DNA of 64,000 nucleotides from NCBI GenBank assembly GCA_041164265.1, contig JBEAPR010000067.1, forward strand, positions 425 to 64,424, read 5' to 3'. The stretch is from Bacteroidota bacterium (GTDB lineage Bacteria > Bacteroidota > Bacteroidia > Chitinophagales > Saprospiraceae). The notes under the pieces are model-generated. The model had not been told where the DNA came from. It ran no database searches and worked only from the letters and a program-made list of their open reading frames with translations. Positions 49,182-59,076 of the stretch are shown here, piece by piece. A program made the position numbers and the translations under genes. How positions within the stretch are numbered: the stretch's first letter is position 1; every line of letters starts with the position of its first letter.

Positions 49182-49868
49182 ATGAAAACTTTTGTAATTA
49201 TTCCTGCTCTCAATGAAGAACGTTCAATTGGTTTAGTTATAAATGCATTATTGCCTTATAATATTGCTAAGATTATTGTAGCTGATAATGGAAGTTCTGA
49301 TCAAACTGCAAAAGTTGCCCGTGAAGCAGGAGCAGAAGTTGTATTTGAGCAAGAGAAAGGATATGGTGCCGCTTGTTTGAAAGCCCTTCAGTACGCCGAT
49401 AACTTTAAACCGGATATTTTTTTATTCATGGATGGCGATTTTGCTGATGACGCCAATGATATTCCGAAAATTCTTGAACCTATTCAAACTAAAAAGGCTG
49501 ATTTGGTTATCGGAAGTAGAGTTTTGGGTACTAGAGAAAAGGGAGCATTAACTATCCCTCAGATAATTGGAAACGCCCTGGCTACCCGATTATTAAAACT
49601 ATTTTTCGGAGTCACCTATACCGATTTGGGACCTTTCCGCGCAATTACCAAAACAGCACTTGACCAAATTAAAATGAAAGACAGGAATTATGGATGGACC
49701 ATTGAAATGCAAATAAAAGCTGCTAAGCATCAGCTTTCTTATCAAGAGGTTCCTGTCAATTATAGACGGCGCATCGGCCAATCCAAAGTTTCGGGAACTC
49801 TAAAAGGAAGTTTCCTGGCAGGTTCAATTATCTTGTATTCTATTTACAAATACGGATGGTCTAGATGA
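49182..49868 (+). CDS. Family 2 glycosyltransferase, polyprenyl-phosphate sugar synthase (DPM1/GtrB-like)
   Basis: IIPALNEE, ADNGSSDQT and the MDGDF(A)DD DxD region. Soluble, about 228 aa. Confidence 0.75.
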   Translation: MKTFVIIPALNEERSIGLVINALLPYNIAKIIVADNGSSDQTAKVAREAGAEVVFEQEKGYGAACLKALQYADNFKPDIFLFMDGDFADDANDIPKILEPIQTKKADLVIGSRVLGTREKGALTIPQIIGNALATRLLKLFFGVTYTDLGPFRAITKTALDQIKMKDRNYGWTIEMQIKAAKHQLSYQEVPVNYRRRIGQSKVSGTLKGSFLAGSIILYSIYKYGWSR

Positions 49869-51328
49869 TAATATTTCTAACCTATTTTTTGTGGACCTTT
49901 TATTTGATTGTTGCAGGGTGTATTACTTTTTATTGCTTGATTCAACTGCATTTACTCTATAATTATTGGAGCCATAGAAAGAATAAAAATAACTCCTTAA
50001 AAAAAGCGGAAGAGGCTTCCTTGGAATGGCTTCCTATTACCATTCAATTACCCGTATATAACGAATATAAAGTTATTGACCGATTGCTACAATCTGTTGC
50101 CCAATTAGAATATCCAGCAGAATTATTGCAAATTCAAATTGTGGATGATTCCACAGATGAGACTACCAAAAAATGTAGAAAAGCTGTTCAAAAATATAAA
50201 GCTATGGGACTAAATTGGTCGTTGGTCCATAGAACCCATAGATTAGGTTTTAAAGCTGGGGCACTACAGAATGCTTTGAAACAGGCTCAGTTTCCTTTTA
50301 TAGCAATTTTTGATGCCGATTTTACGCCTTCGGCAAAATTTTTAAAGCAAGCAATTCAGTTTTTTTCCAATCCCGAGGTAGGGGCTGTTCAAGCCAGATG
50401 GGGATATTTAAATAAGAATTACAATTGGTTGACCAGAATTCAAGCTTTACAATTAAATGTTCATTTTACTATAGAACAAAAGGGTAGGGATATAAGTGGT
50501 TATTTTAATCAATTTAACGGGACAGCAGGTATTTGGAGAAAAAGTGCAATTGAAGATGCTGGAGGATGGCAGGTGGACACCATTACTGAAGATTTAGATT
50601 TGAGTATTCGAGCCCAACTTAAAGGTTGGAAAGTCCATTACGAAGAGGAAATAATCGTTCCTTCAGAACTACCCATTTATTTATCTGATTTTCAAAAACA
50701 GCAGGCCAGATGGATTACAGGAGGTATTTCTGTTTTAAAAAAATTAGCTAAAAGTGTGGTAAAGTCAGATTTGACTTGGCAAGTGAAACTCAATGCTTTG
50801 GTTCAAATGGGTGCCTCTTTAATGTATGCTCTAGTCTATTTATTAGGGATACTAGGTTTGATTTTATTATTTTTTCCTGCTTTAGATGACATTTTTCCAT
50901 CTGCAACTCTATTGCTCCTGTTTTATCAATTAGGCTTTTTCTCTCTTTTTGTGGTTTTTAGTGCAGCTCAAATTTTTGCTAAAAATGAGGGGGGAGTTTT
51001 TACTTCATTACCAATTTATTTGGTGAATGCCTTGGGGTTATCTCATTATTATTCTCGAGCAGTCGCCAAAGGATTGATTAGTAAATCTTCATTTTTTCAA
51101 AGAACTCCCAAATATGGAACCTTCGTGAATGGGAAATTTACCAAATTCAATATTGCAACAAGTAATTGGAAAGAAGGGTTGCTGAGTTTAGTTTTTGGCT
51201 TTGGATTTTACTACGGTATATATTTAGAAAATTATTATTTTTTAATGCTTCATGGCCTTTTGGCTGTCGGATTCATTTTCATTTTCCTTCAGTCTTTAAA
51301 ACGACCTGTATTTAGCCATGAAAATTAA
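49865..51328 (+). CDS. Membrane-embedded processive family 2 glycosyltransferase (cellulose/chitin-synthase-like, CslA-like)
   Basis: LPVYNE, IVDDSTDET, FDADF, GTAGIWR, TEDLDLS and the QxxRW motif (QQARW), plus N- and C-terminal TM helices. Confidence 0.8.
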   Translation: MIIFLTYFLWTFYLIVAGCITFYCLIQLHLLYNYWSHRKNKNNSLKKAEEASLEWLPITIQLPVYNEYKVIDRLLQSVAQLEYPAELLQIQIVDDSTDETTKKCRKAVQKYKAMGLNWSLVHRTHRLGFKAGALQNALKQAQFPFIAIFDADFTPSAKFLKQAIQFFSNPEVGAVQARWGYLNKNYNWLTRIQALQLNVHFTIEQKGRDISGYFNQFNGTAGIWRKSAIEDAGGWQVDTITEDLDLSIRAQLKGWKVHYEEEIIVPSELPIYLSDFQKQQARWITGGISVLKKLAKSVVKSDLTWQVKLNALVQMGASLMYALVYLLGILGLILLFFPALDDIFPSATLLLLFYQLGFFSLFVVFSAAQIFAKNEGGVFTSLPIYLVNALGLSHYYSRAVAKGLISKSSFFQRTPKYGTFVNGKFTKFNIATSNWKEGLLSLVFGFGFYYGIYLENYYFLMLHGLLAVGFIFIFLQSLKRPVFSHEN

Positions 51329-52619
51329 AATAGTTGAAATAGTTGGCCTTGCCTTTTTAATCGCCGGATTGGTAGTCACTTTATTTTTTTCCCATCAGGA
51401 TACTTTTTTCACCTTGTTTTCTGGGATCACCATTGCTTTTTCAGGATATTTTGTTTTGACTTTTTGTTCTTTTAATGGTTTATCTGCTAGGCATTTGATC
51501 GGTATAGGCATTTTAATTAGACTGTTGGCTTTATTTAATTTGCCTTCTTTAACAGATGATTTCTACAGGTTTATTTGGGATGGTTGGTTGAATGCTTCAG
51601 GAATTAGCCCTTATCTTTTTACCCCTAGAGAACTGATTCAAGAGATAACGCCACCTCCTGATTTATTTAATCATCTTAATTCACAAGATTATTATTCTAT
51701 ATACCCACCATTGCTTCAATTTTTTTTTCATTTAGCATATTTATTGAGTAAAGGAAGTATAGTGTCTTTTATTTTTTGGGCCAAAATGCCTATTTTAATT
51801 GGTGAGGCACTTACGATTATACTAATTCCGAAAATTTTAAGGGCCTTAGGTCAGCATGAAAAATTAGCCAAATGGTATTTTTTTAATCCATTAATCATTG
51901 TGGAACTAATGGGTAACCTTCATTATGAAGGATTAGCCATTGCTGGGTTGTGTTTGGGCGTCTATGGGGTATTGCACAACAAGTCTTTCGTTTCTGTTAT
52001 TGGAGTATCTTTTGCCGTTGGAATCAAACTAGTACCTCTAATTGCTTTACCATTCTTTATGATTTTATGGAATTGGAAAAATAGATTAGCGATGTTGGTT
52101 CTATTAACGTTATTTTTCAAAGACCTATTTGATGTTGAAGTGCTAGCCCATTTTTTTACTAGTTTCAATTTATATTTCCAAAAATTTGAATTTAACGGGG
52201 GCGTATACTTTTTTTCTAGGGAACTTAGTAAGTTGATAATCGGGTATAATCCTATTGCATATCTAGGACCTGGCTTACAAATAGTGGTTGTTGTAGGAAC
52301 GGTATTTCTATTTTATAAATGGTTTTCAGAAAAATATAGAAAAATAAACGCAGGAATAGAAATGATATTTTTTATAAGCCTGTTGTATTATTTTTTTTCA
52401 ACCACCGTGCATCCCTGGTATTTAGGTATTCCAATCTTTCTTGGAGTTTTTCTGAATTTTAGATTTATATATGTATGGTCTTGGTTGATTTTTTTATCGT
52501 ATTTCCATTATGTTGGGGAAGAGTATGAGGAGGCTTTTTGGGTACCTGTAATTGAGTATGGGGGGTTATGGATATTGATGATGGTAGAAATAAAAAAGCG
52601 CTGGAATTTTGAATCCTAG
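51318..52619 (+). CDS. Polytopic membrane protein, putative GT-C-fold (PIG-M/DUF2029-like) glycosyltransferase
   Basis: More than 10 TM helices. Acidic first-loop motif LTDDFYRFIWDGW. 11-nt overlap with the upstream GT2 gene. Confidence 0.5.
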   Translation: MKIKIVEIVGLAFLIAGLVVTLFFSHQDTFFTLFSGITIAFSGYFVLTFCSFNGLSARHLIGIGILIRLLALFNLPSLTDDFYRFIWDGWLNASGISPYLFTPRELIQEITPPPDLFNHLNSQDYYSIYPPLLQFFFHLAYLLSKGSIVSFIFWAKMPILIGEALTIILIPKILRALGQHEKLAKWYFFNPLIIVELMGNLHYEGLAIAGLCLGVYGVLHNKSFVSVIGVSFAVGIKLVPLIALPFFMILWNWKNRLAMLVLLTLFFKDLFDVEVLAHFFTSFNLYFQKFEFNGGVYFFSRELSKLIIGYNPIAYLGPGLQIVVVVGTVFLFYKWFSEKYRKINAGIEMIFFISLLYYFFSTTVHPWYLGIPIFLGVFLNFRFIYVWSWLIFLSYFHYVGEEYEEAFWVPVIEYGGLWILMMVEIKKRWNFES

Positions 52620-52626
52620 CGCTTTT
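52594..52626. terminator. Bidirectional hairpin terminator between the GT-C-like gene and gldN
   Basis: AAAAGCGCT-15 nt-AGCGCTTTT. T-runs follow the stem on both strands. It overlaps the stop codon at 52617-52619. Confidence 0.55.
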
Positions 52627-52644
52627 CAAACTAATTCAAAAAAA

Positions 52645-53505
52645 TTAGTAAGACCAGAGATCGTGTTCTCTATTAAACAACTCCCGCTTGATGCGATCGC
52701 TTTCTAACAAAATATCGATACCTGACATATAATCTTGAATTCTTTGATCAAATACGTTAGATTCTTTGTAGATATAGCTCGAGAAAAATCTCATTTCGAA
52801 AATGTCTTCCCAGGAAAGGGGAATGGCATCGTTACCAGAATTAAATACTCTTTCATTGGCTAATAGTTCTCTAGCATCAGGGTAATAAACCCAATAAAGT
52901 GGTTGTTCGTATCTGAACGACCCATCTTCGTTATTAACATCTTTGATTGGAGCAATGCCCAGAATTCGTACCTGTAACTTAGAGTAGTGTTTGTCGAAAT
53001 ACCATACTTCCTTTATACGGTAGCGCTTGATATCTTCGAAATTGATTTCATTGCGAACAATCTTAGTCTCTAATTCATAGGTTTCTGGATTGGTCGTAAT
53101 TAAAGTATCTACCGTTGCACCTAAAGCAATTACTTGTTCTGCAGAAAGGGGATAGGCAAATTTGTCATCTTCCGCACTATAGACGGTTAATTCTCCATTT
53201 TCAGCAGCTTCTTTAAAAATTTGAAAAAGCGGCCGCTGTGGATAAACGAATGGAAGATTCATTTTTTCTCGGGTATCAATTACCCTCCATATTCTTGTCT
53301 CCCACATAATATCCGCTTCTCTTACCGGCGAATAGGGTAGCAATCTTTTTTCACTTACTAATTTTTTCTCCGTAACGTCATTTAAAGGAGTTTTTGGTCC
53401 ATCTAATAAGGTACCAGACTCTAAAATGATGTTCTGAGCATCCTGTGCTATGGATGTCGAATTTATTAGTAAAAGGGCTAAAATAGAAGCAATTAAATAT
53501 TTCAT
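52645..53505 (-). CDS. gldN: Gliding motility / T9SS protein GldN (PorN)
   Basis: Signal peptide. Position directly after gldM. Conserved WETRIWRVID- and EVWYFDK-type blocks. Confidence 0.8.
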   Translation of the reverse strand: MKYLIASILALLLINSTSIAQDAQNIILESGTLLDGPKTPLNDVTEKKLVSEKRLLPYSPVREADIMWETRIWRVIDTREKMNLPFVYPQRPLFQIFKEAAENGELTVYSAEDDKFAYPLSAEQVIALGATVDTLITTNPETYELETKIVRNEINFEDIKRYRIKEVWYFDKHYSKLQVRILGIAPIKDVNNEDGSFRYEQPLYWVYYPDARELLANERVFNSGNDAIPLSWEDIFEMRFFSSYIYKESNVFDQRIQDYMSGIDILLESDRIKRELFNREHDLWSY

Positions 53506-53510
53506 GTATG

Positions 53511-55127
53511 CTATTTAATTTTATAAACCATTGAATTGATCGGTCTGCCAGCTGGATCTCCTGGGCATAATGCTTTGACGTTGTCAAAATAGTAGGTATC
53601 ACCTGGTTTAGCCAAATTTGCTAAACGTTGGGCCTCGGCATTATATGAGGCACCAGGATTAACAACAGTTACTGGATCTTGTCTTGCAGCTTGGTAAGTA
53701 AAGGAAAATCCTTGAATCTGACATCTAGCGTCAAAATCAAAGTCGTCCAACCAAGCGATAACTCCGCCTTGTGCTTTAAATTCTCCATTGCCTATTCGCG
53801 TTTCTCTAAGATTACCCAACCTTGCAATTGGATCTGGGATTCTTTTTACTCTAAATACTTTAGTATCACTAATTCCTCCTCCTGAAACATTAACTCTACA
53901 CTCCTCATTAAAATTGTTTACTTTGACAATAAACTTATTTCCACCTGCTGGGGTAATAGAGGAACCAGCTCCGGATACCTTAACCTCCAAATCGTTAGAA
54001 GATACCCCAGCTGCAGAAACGGAAATCGGATTATCCACTCCCACATAGAAAACATTCATTTTGTCTGGTGAAACAGCAACTGACCTTTCACCTACTTCAT
54101 AATAAAATGTTTTGGAATAGGTTTCTTGTTTGCCGGTAAACGGATTGACTACCGATATATCTACCTTAAGAGGTTTATTACCGATAGTATTGGGCTTAGC
54201 TATGTACTTGCCTATACCTTCATTGATGTTAATTTCAGATCCATTGACTCTCATAGAGATGCCTTCTGAAGCCTGAGAAGAGAAAGCACTTAAAAAGACA
54301 TCTGCTTGATAGGTTTCTCCCTTAATGATATAGCTACTATTGGCTGATACAACAGGAAAGAATTGGTCAAATTCAATGACTGTAGCCCCGATTTTGCTAC
54401 TTAGAAAATTAATAATGGTGGATTCTGAATTTTTAGAGTCGTTTTGGAATTTGCGCAAAATAGGATAGCATGCGGCTACGGGCATATAGCCAAAGGTATA
54501 TTGCTCCCAGCTCGCTTTGTTGGCTATTTTCCAAGACTCGTCATCTATGGTCAAGGCAATTTTATCTTTTAATTCCTCAATTTCCTCAGGCCTAATTATG
54601 GTTCCTTCAATTTCTAATTTGGAAACTTCTTCTACAATCTTTATCAATTCACTTCTAGTTTGAAGTATTTTTTCCTTTAATTCCGGACCTTTAGGGCTTT
54701 GGGCATTTCCCAAAACCTCCATTCCATCTACAAAAAAACGAGTAGGTAATTCTTTATCTTTAAATTTTTTAGGTCTACCGACTTTAAGTGGATCTTTATA
54801 ACCCTCTGGATACACCCCTCCTGCTTCTTCTTCCAAATTGAGAAGCAACTCGTCAATGTATTGAGTAAACTCAGTAGACAGCTTTTCTGCTTTTTTAGCA
54901 GCTTCTACCAATGGTTGATATTGCGTTCTTTCCTCCACGGTTTTTTCCATAGATTCAATTACTTTGTTATTGGCAGTTTTAAGAATCTCGTTGGTAGAAT
55001 TTATACTATTGTCTAATGAGAAAAAAGCATTCATCACCTCAGCTGATACATTTAGAGCAAGTAGTGCGGTAAGAACGAGATACATCAGATTAATCATCAG
55101 TTGCCTCGGGTCCTTAGGTATAGACAT
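53511..55127 (-). CDS. gldM: Gliding motility / T9SS protein GldM (PorM)
   Basis: N-terminus PRQLMINLMYLVLTALLALNVS is the GldM signature TM. Long periplasmic region. Confidence 0.9.
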   Translation of the reverse strand: MSIPKDPRQLMINLMYLVLTALLALNVSAEVMNAFFSLDNSINSTNEILKTANNKVIESMEKTVEERTQYQPLVEAAKKAEKLSTEFTQYIDELLLNLEEEAGGVYPEGYKDPLKVGRPKKFKDKELPTRFFVDGMEVLGNAQSPKGPELKEKILQTRSELIKIVEEVSKLEIEGTIIRPEEIEELKDKIALTIDDESWKIANKASWEQYTFGYMPVAACYPILRKFQNDSKNSESTIINFLSSKIGATVIEFDQFFPVVSANSSYIIKGETYQADVFLSAFSSQASEGISMRVNGSEININEGIGKYIAKPNTIGNKPLKVDISVVNPFTGKQETYSKTFYYEVGERSVAVSPDKMNVFYVGVDNPISVSAAGVSSNDLEVKVSGAGSSITPAGGNKFIVKVNNFNEECRVNVSGGGISDTKVFRVKRIPDPIARLGNLRETRIGNGEFKAQGGVIAWLDDFDFDARCQIQGFSFTYQAARQDPVTVVNPGASYNAEAQRLANLAKPGDTYYFDNVKALCPGDPAGRPINSMVYKIK

Positions 55128-55179
55128 AATTCTTTAATTTATTGGTTTTGCAAAAGCACAAATTTACTTGAGCTAGATA

Positions 55180-55785
55180 TTATACATCTCGTCTAGCTCC
55201 TGTCATTGTAGCCACTACGTTACCGTAAATGTTATTTAAGGTGCTGTAAGAATGATTCAGATTTTGAATATTGCTGTTTAGCATGCCAATTTGCTCCTTA
55301 TAGGCTCTGGTGTCCTCCAATGAATCAGTAAGATCTGCCATTGCTTCATTTAACTTAGCATAAAAATTAGTCATAGAAGCTATTTGTTGACTAGTTCCTG
55401 AGAAGTCTACTTCTTGCAATGCTCGAAGGGATGAAAGATTTTTAGACATTTCTTGTAATTCTGTAATCATTCCATCCAATTGAAGATGAGCTTTTTCTCC
55501 ATCTAATTGCCCGCCATCTGAGCTACCTCCTGCAATAGGAGTAACCTTGCCGTTGTAGGCGTCTAATCCCGGGTACAATTTCTCCCAGTAATAATCTTTT
55601 TCTGGTCCTAGAATACCGAGCACCAAGAAAATCAATGCTTCGGTTGAAAGCCCAGCAATAAGGAGTTCACTAGCTCCATCCCAACTTTCTAGTTTAAATA
55701 ATGCCCCAACCAATACTACAGCCGCTCCAAGACCTATAAGAAGATTTTTGAAATATTTAAATCCCTTTGATTTGATGAAACTCAT
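55180..55785 (-). CDS. gldL: Gliding motility / T9SS protein GldL (PorL)
   Basis: Two N-terminal TM helices (GLGAAVVLVGALFKLESW, STEALIFLVLGI) and a cytoplasmic coiled tail. Order is K-L-M-N. Confidence 0.85.
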   Translation of the reverse strand: MSFIKSKGFKYFKNLLIGLGAAVVLVGALFKLESWDGASELLIAGLSTEALIFLVLGILGPEKDYYWEKLYPGLDAYNGKVTPIAGGSSDGGQLDGEKAHLQLDGMITELQEMSKNLSSLRALQEVDFSGTSQQIASMTNFYAKLNEAMADLTDSLEDTRAYKEQIGMLNSNIQNLNHSYSTLNNIYGNVVATMTGARRDV

Positions 55786-55815
55786 TACTTTATTTTTTAA
55801 TTATTAATTATTTCT

Positions 55816-57051
55816 TTAAAAATCGTTGATAGACCTTCCTAAGAAAGTGAGTACATTTCTGAATCCTATATAGGATTTGGTAGTATCTTGATATTCCCAA
55901 TTTCTAGTTCCCGTTTGAAGATAATAAGCTACATCTTTCCAAGAGCCTCCTCTGACTACCTTTCTTTTGTATGATTCAGGATCATTTTCATTAGCATCAT
56001 ATCTCACATCAGGATTGAGGTCGTGCATAAACTGATAGGCGTTCTCTTCGAAAGCGGTACTGGTCCATTCAGCTACATTACCAGCCATATTGTATAGTCC
56101 GTAATCATTTGGGAAATATGCATCTGCTTTAACAGTATAAAAACCTCCATCTTCTGGATAATTTCCTCGTCCTGGTTTGAAGTTGGCCAAAAGACATCCT
56201 TTTCCATTTCTTACATAATATCCCCCCCAAGGAAATGGAGCTAAATCTCTACCTCCTCTTGCAGCGTATTCCCATTCATGCTCAGAAGGCAATCGAAAAT
56301 CCTCAGTGTTAAGATCATCTCCTTTCGATTCGTTCCAAAGTTGAGTTCTCCAATGGCTGAAAGCAGTAGCCATATGCCAATCTACCCCAACTACAGGGTA
56401 ATCGTCATAGGATGGGTGACTGAAATAATTTCTTGCCATAGGTTCGTTATAGCTATAGGCGAAATCCCTAATCCATACAAGAGTATCTGGATATATTTGA
56501 ACTCTTTTTTTCCTTATAAAATCTCGTCTTCTTTGAGATCCATCACTTTTAGCTGCACCTTGCCAATCATACCATTCGTATTCATAGATCAATTTTTCTA
56601 CGGCTAGTTCTCTTTTACCAGAAAACCTATCGGGGCCTTGATAATAAAGGTCTTCTAAAGTTTCATCGGCCCAATCTATTTCATATTCCCAATCAATTCG
56701 TTCTTCTCCAGTCACTTCATCTTCTATGAAGTGGTCTAGATAGGTGTGCGCCCAGTATTCTGTCACCCATTTCACAAATTGTCGATACTCATTGTTAGTG
56801 ATTTCGGTATCGTCCATGTAGAAACCTTGAATTGAAATTTCTTTTGGTCTTTGGACAAAAGTATTGGCAATGTCTTGATCGCTTGGACCAACATGTAGAG
56901 TTCCAGAAGGAACATAAACCATTCCGTAGGGATTAATTCCTTTCCAGGATGGTCGATCTTGTACACCGACTAGCTCACCCGATTGTTTCTGACCACAAGA
57001 TGTTGCTAATAAGATTAGCACAAATGCACTCAAATGAATTACTCTTCTCAT
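55816..57051 (-). CDS. gldK: Gliding motility / T9SS lipoprotein GldK (PorK), FGE-sulfatase fold
   Basis: Lipobox LLATSC. FGE-domain blocks RLPSEHEWEYAARGG, YGLYNMAGNVAEWT, RGGSW and GFRNV. Confidence 0.9.
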   Translation of the reverse strand: MRRVIHLSAFVLILLATSCGQKQSGELVGVQDRPSWKGINPYGMVYVPSGTLHVGPSDQDIANTFVQRPKEISIQGFYMDDTEITNNEYRQFVKWVTEYWAHTYLDHFIEDEVTGEERIDWEYEIDWADETLEDLYYQGPDRFSGKRELAVEKLIYEYEWYDWQGAAKSDGSQRRRDFIRKKRVQIYPDTLVWIRDFAYSYNEPMARNYFSHPSYDDYPVVGVDWHMATAFSHWRTQLWNESKGDDLNTEDFRLPSEHEWEYAARGGRDLAPFPWGGYYVRNGKGCLLANFKPGRGNYPEDGGFYTVKADAYFPNDYGLYNMAGNVAEWTSTAFEENAYQFMHDLNPDVRYDANENDPESYKRKVVRGGSWKDVAYYLQTGTRNWEYQDTTKSYIGFRNVLTFLGRSINDF

Positions 57052-57142
57052 ATCAATATTTAGGTTTTCCTAAGTGTTTTTTCAAATAAACCGCTAATAT
57101 AATTTGTTTGGTTTGTTTGAGGCAAAAAAACCTTGCACTCAT

Positions 57143-57171
57143 TCAAAAATTCAAGACGAAAAACGTCCTTG
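57143..57171 (-). terminator. Weak hairpin plus U-run between porP and gldK (possible attenuating terminator)
   Basis: Minus strand CAAGGACG-TTTTT-CGTCTTG (7 bp, one bulge) followed by AATTTTTG. Confidence 0.3.
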
Positions 57172-57204
57172 TATTTAAAAATAGTATTTGACTTAAAAAT
57201 AATT

Positions 57205-58161
57205 TTATAAAAATCTTGGACTATAAATAATTCTAGGTGGGATCCCACCACCAATTCTTTTGTTAATATTGAAGTTTAAACCTATTTCATGACTGCCACC
57301 TAAGGGGTTTGAAAAAGAAGATATTCCGCTATCATAGGCGTAAAAAAGTTTCCATTGATCATTTAATTTAATTCCTCCTTGAAGTATCAAAGCGTCTATT
57401 TCAGTAATCCCTCGCACCCCTAATCCAAGCATGATATTTTCGTTAATTCGAAGTTCGGTATTAACTAATAGCTGATTTTGTTGCAGGTTAGATAATAAAG
57501 CGGCATTTCCAACAAGGCTAAATTTTGAGTTTAACTCATAATAATACCTTCCATAAAGGTGAAAGGTGCGTTCAAAAGTAAGAGTATTACCATTGATACC
57601 AGCAATTGGTGCGTTTAGGTTGGTTATAGAAAGTCCTGCTTCCCATCCTTTAGACCTGTAATACAATCCAATATCAACAAAGACTGCAGTGGCGTTTTCC
57701 TGTTCTAAGGAAAGAATCTGATCGTTATGGTCAAATGGAGATCCATCAGAATATTGTCCTGAGGGAGTTCTGTAACCATTTCCATCTATTGTTCTCTGGT
57801 AAACCCCCATCCCCAGCCCAATACTAAAAGATTGTTCTGCACTGCTTGTTAAATAGTAGCTATATTGGACAGAAGTTCTAGTATCTTTTCTCAAACCAGT
57901 TTGATCGGATTCAAATATTATTCCCAAGCCTCCATTGACTAAGTCATAAGGCATGTGGGCAGTAATCACTTGTTGTTTTGGATTACCTAAAACACCTATC
58001 CATTGATTTCTAACCACTCCAGTAATACTCAAAGAATTATCTAAACCCACATATCCAGGGTTAAAATTGGTCAAATTTTCAAAATAAAGACTATAAGTGG
58101 GACGCTGCTGTCCACGCAATGACACAGTTAGCAATAAAAACAGGGCTATTAATCGAGTCAT
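57205..58161 (-). CDS. porP: PorP/SprF-family T9SS outer-membrane protein
   Basis: Signal peptide. N-terminal YSLYFENLTNFNPGYVG (PorP/SprF signature). Beta-barrel pattern. Sits directly upstream of gldK. Confidence 0.85.
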   Translation of the reverse strand: MTRLIALFLLLTVSLRGQQRPTYSLYFENLTNFNPGYVGLDNSLSITGVVRNQWIGVLGNPKQQVITAHMPYDLVNGGLGIIFESDQTGLRKDTRTSVQYSYYLTSSAEQSFSIGLGMGVYQRTIDGNGYRTPSGQYSDGSPFDHNDQILSLEQENATAVFVDIGLYYRSKGWEAGLSITNLNAPIAGINGNTLTFERTFHLYGRYYYELNSKFSLVGNAALLSNLQQNQLLVNTELRINENIMLGLGVRGITEIDALILQGGIKLNDQWKLFYAYDSGISSFSNPLGGSHEIGLNFNINKRIGGGIPPRIIYSPRFL

Positions 58162-58321
58162 ATTGGAATAATAGTTTTTTTTCTTAAATGTTCATTGGCA
58201 ACAATATAGTAAAACATTAATTCAAAAAACTGTTTCTTCAAAATAAAAACAAACAAAAAGTTTAATAAATGTTTTATTATAAACAAAAAGTGTTATATTT
58301 GTATTGGTTAAAATAAAAATT

Positions 58322-58960
58322 ATGGAAGCAACCTCTAACAATTACGTAATAGAATGGAAAGTTAGTATGCCTAATTCAAAGTCTAAATCCAAACGATTAA
58401 TAATCAATTGGATGGTTGTTTTTAAAATTTTTATACCTGTAATGCTTTACTGTTGGATATATTTCAATGATTTCAATTGGAACATACCTATCGGTAAAAA
58501 TTACCTGACAGTTCTTGCTACTCATTCAGACCCGCTGGTTGAAGATAGGTTTTTTACTTGGCCTCATGAGCAGTATTGGGAGATAGATGACGAACTTGCC
58601 AGGAGTTTTATTCAAAATAACACTTCAATAGTTCAATCTTTAGAATTAGAGAATCAAATTCCCGCTGGAGTTCAGATGGCTATTGGTTTATTGAATATTC
58701 AAAATTTCAGTAGCTATTCTTCCAAAAAACATAAAGCTTCTTTTTGGACGAATTCAAGGCGAATTTCTCAAAAATGGAAAAATCAGGGCAGAGCAATTAG
58801 TCATCTTTTATTAGAAAATGGGCAGATTCCAAATAATCGCGAAGATTGGTATCTAATGGTTGTGGAGCATTTTAATCAAAAATCTGAAGGGGCAGGTTTT
58901 TTAGTACAAAACCTTATAGCTCTTTACGATTTGAAAAAATTAGACCAGCAAAAAAGTTAG
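58322..58960 (+). CDS. Hypothetical membrane-anchored protein
   Basis: One TM (LIINWMVVFKIFIPVMLYCWIYF). No recognised domain. Start is uncertain (TTG 58304, ATG 58322 or 58367). Confidence 0.4.
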   Translation: MEATSNNYVIEWKVSMPNSKSKSKRLIINWMVVFKIFIPVMLYCWIYFNDFNWNIPIGKNYLTVLATHSDPLVEDRFFTWPHEQYWEIDDELARSFIQNNTSIVQSLELENQIPAGVQMAIGLLNIQNFSSYSSKKHKASFWTNSRRISQKWKNQGRAISHLLLENGQIPNNREDWYLMVVEHFNQKSEGAGFLVQNLIALYDLKKLDQQKS

Positions 58961-59005
58961 TTATAAAAAATATTCATTACGGATTTTGGTTTTCTCTGTT
59001 TGGAA

Positions 59006-59038
59006 AATGGAGGCTTTCATTGGCCTCCATTTCTTTTT
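59006..59038 (+). terminator. Rho-independent terminator
   Basis: AATGGAGGC-8 nt-GCCTCCATT followed by TCTTTTT. Confidence 0.75.
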
Positions 59039-59076
59039 GAAACTAATATTGATTGGATTTGGTTTAATTTTGTGAG

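Noticed and set aside
57060-57254. 64-aa ORF in the porP-gldK spacer, and the similar overlap ORFs 13659-13868 and 53378-53602.
   Set aside because: They overlap the ends of supported genes, have no motif, and are hydrophobic/AT-driven in composition.
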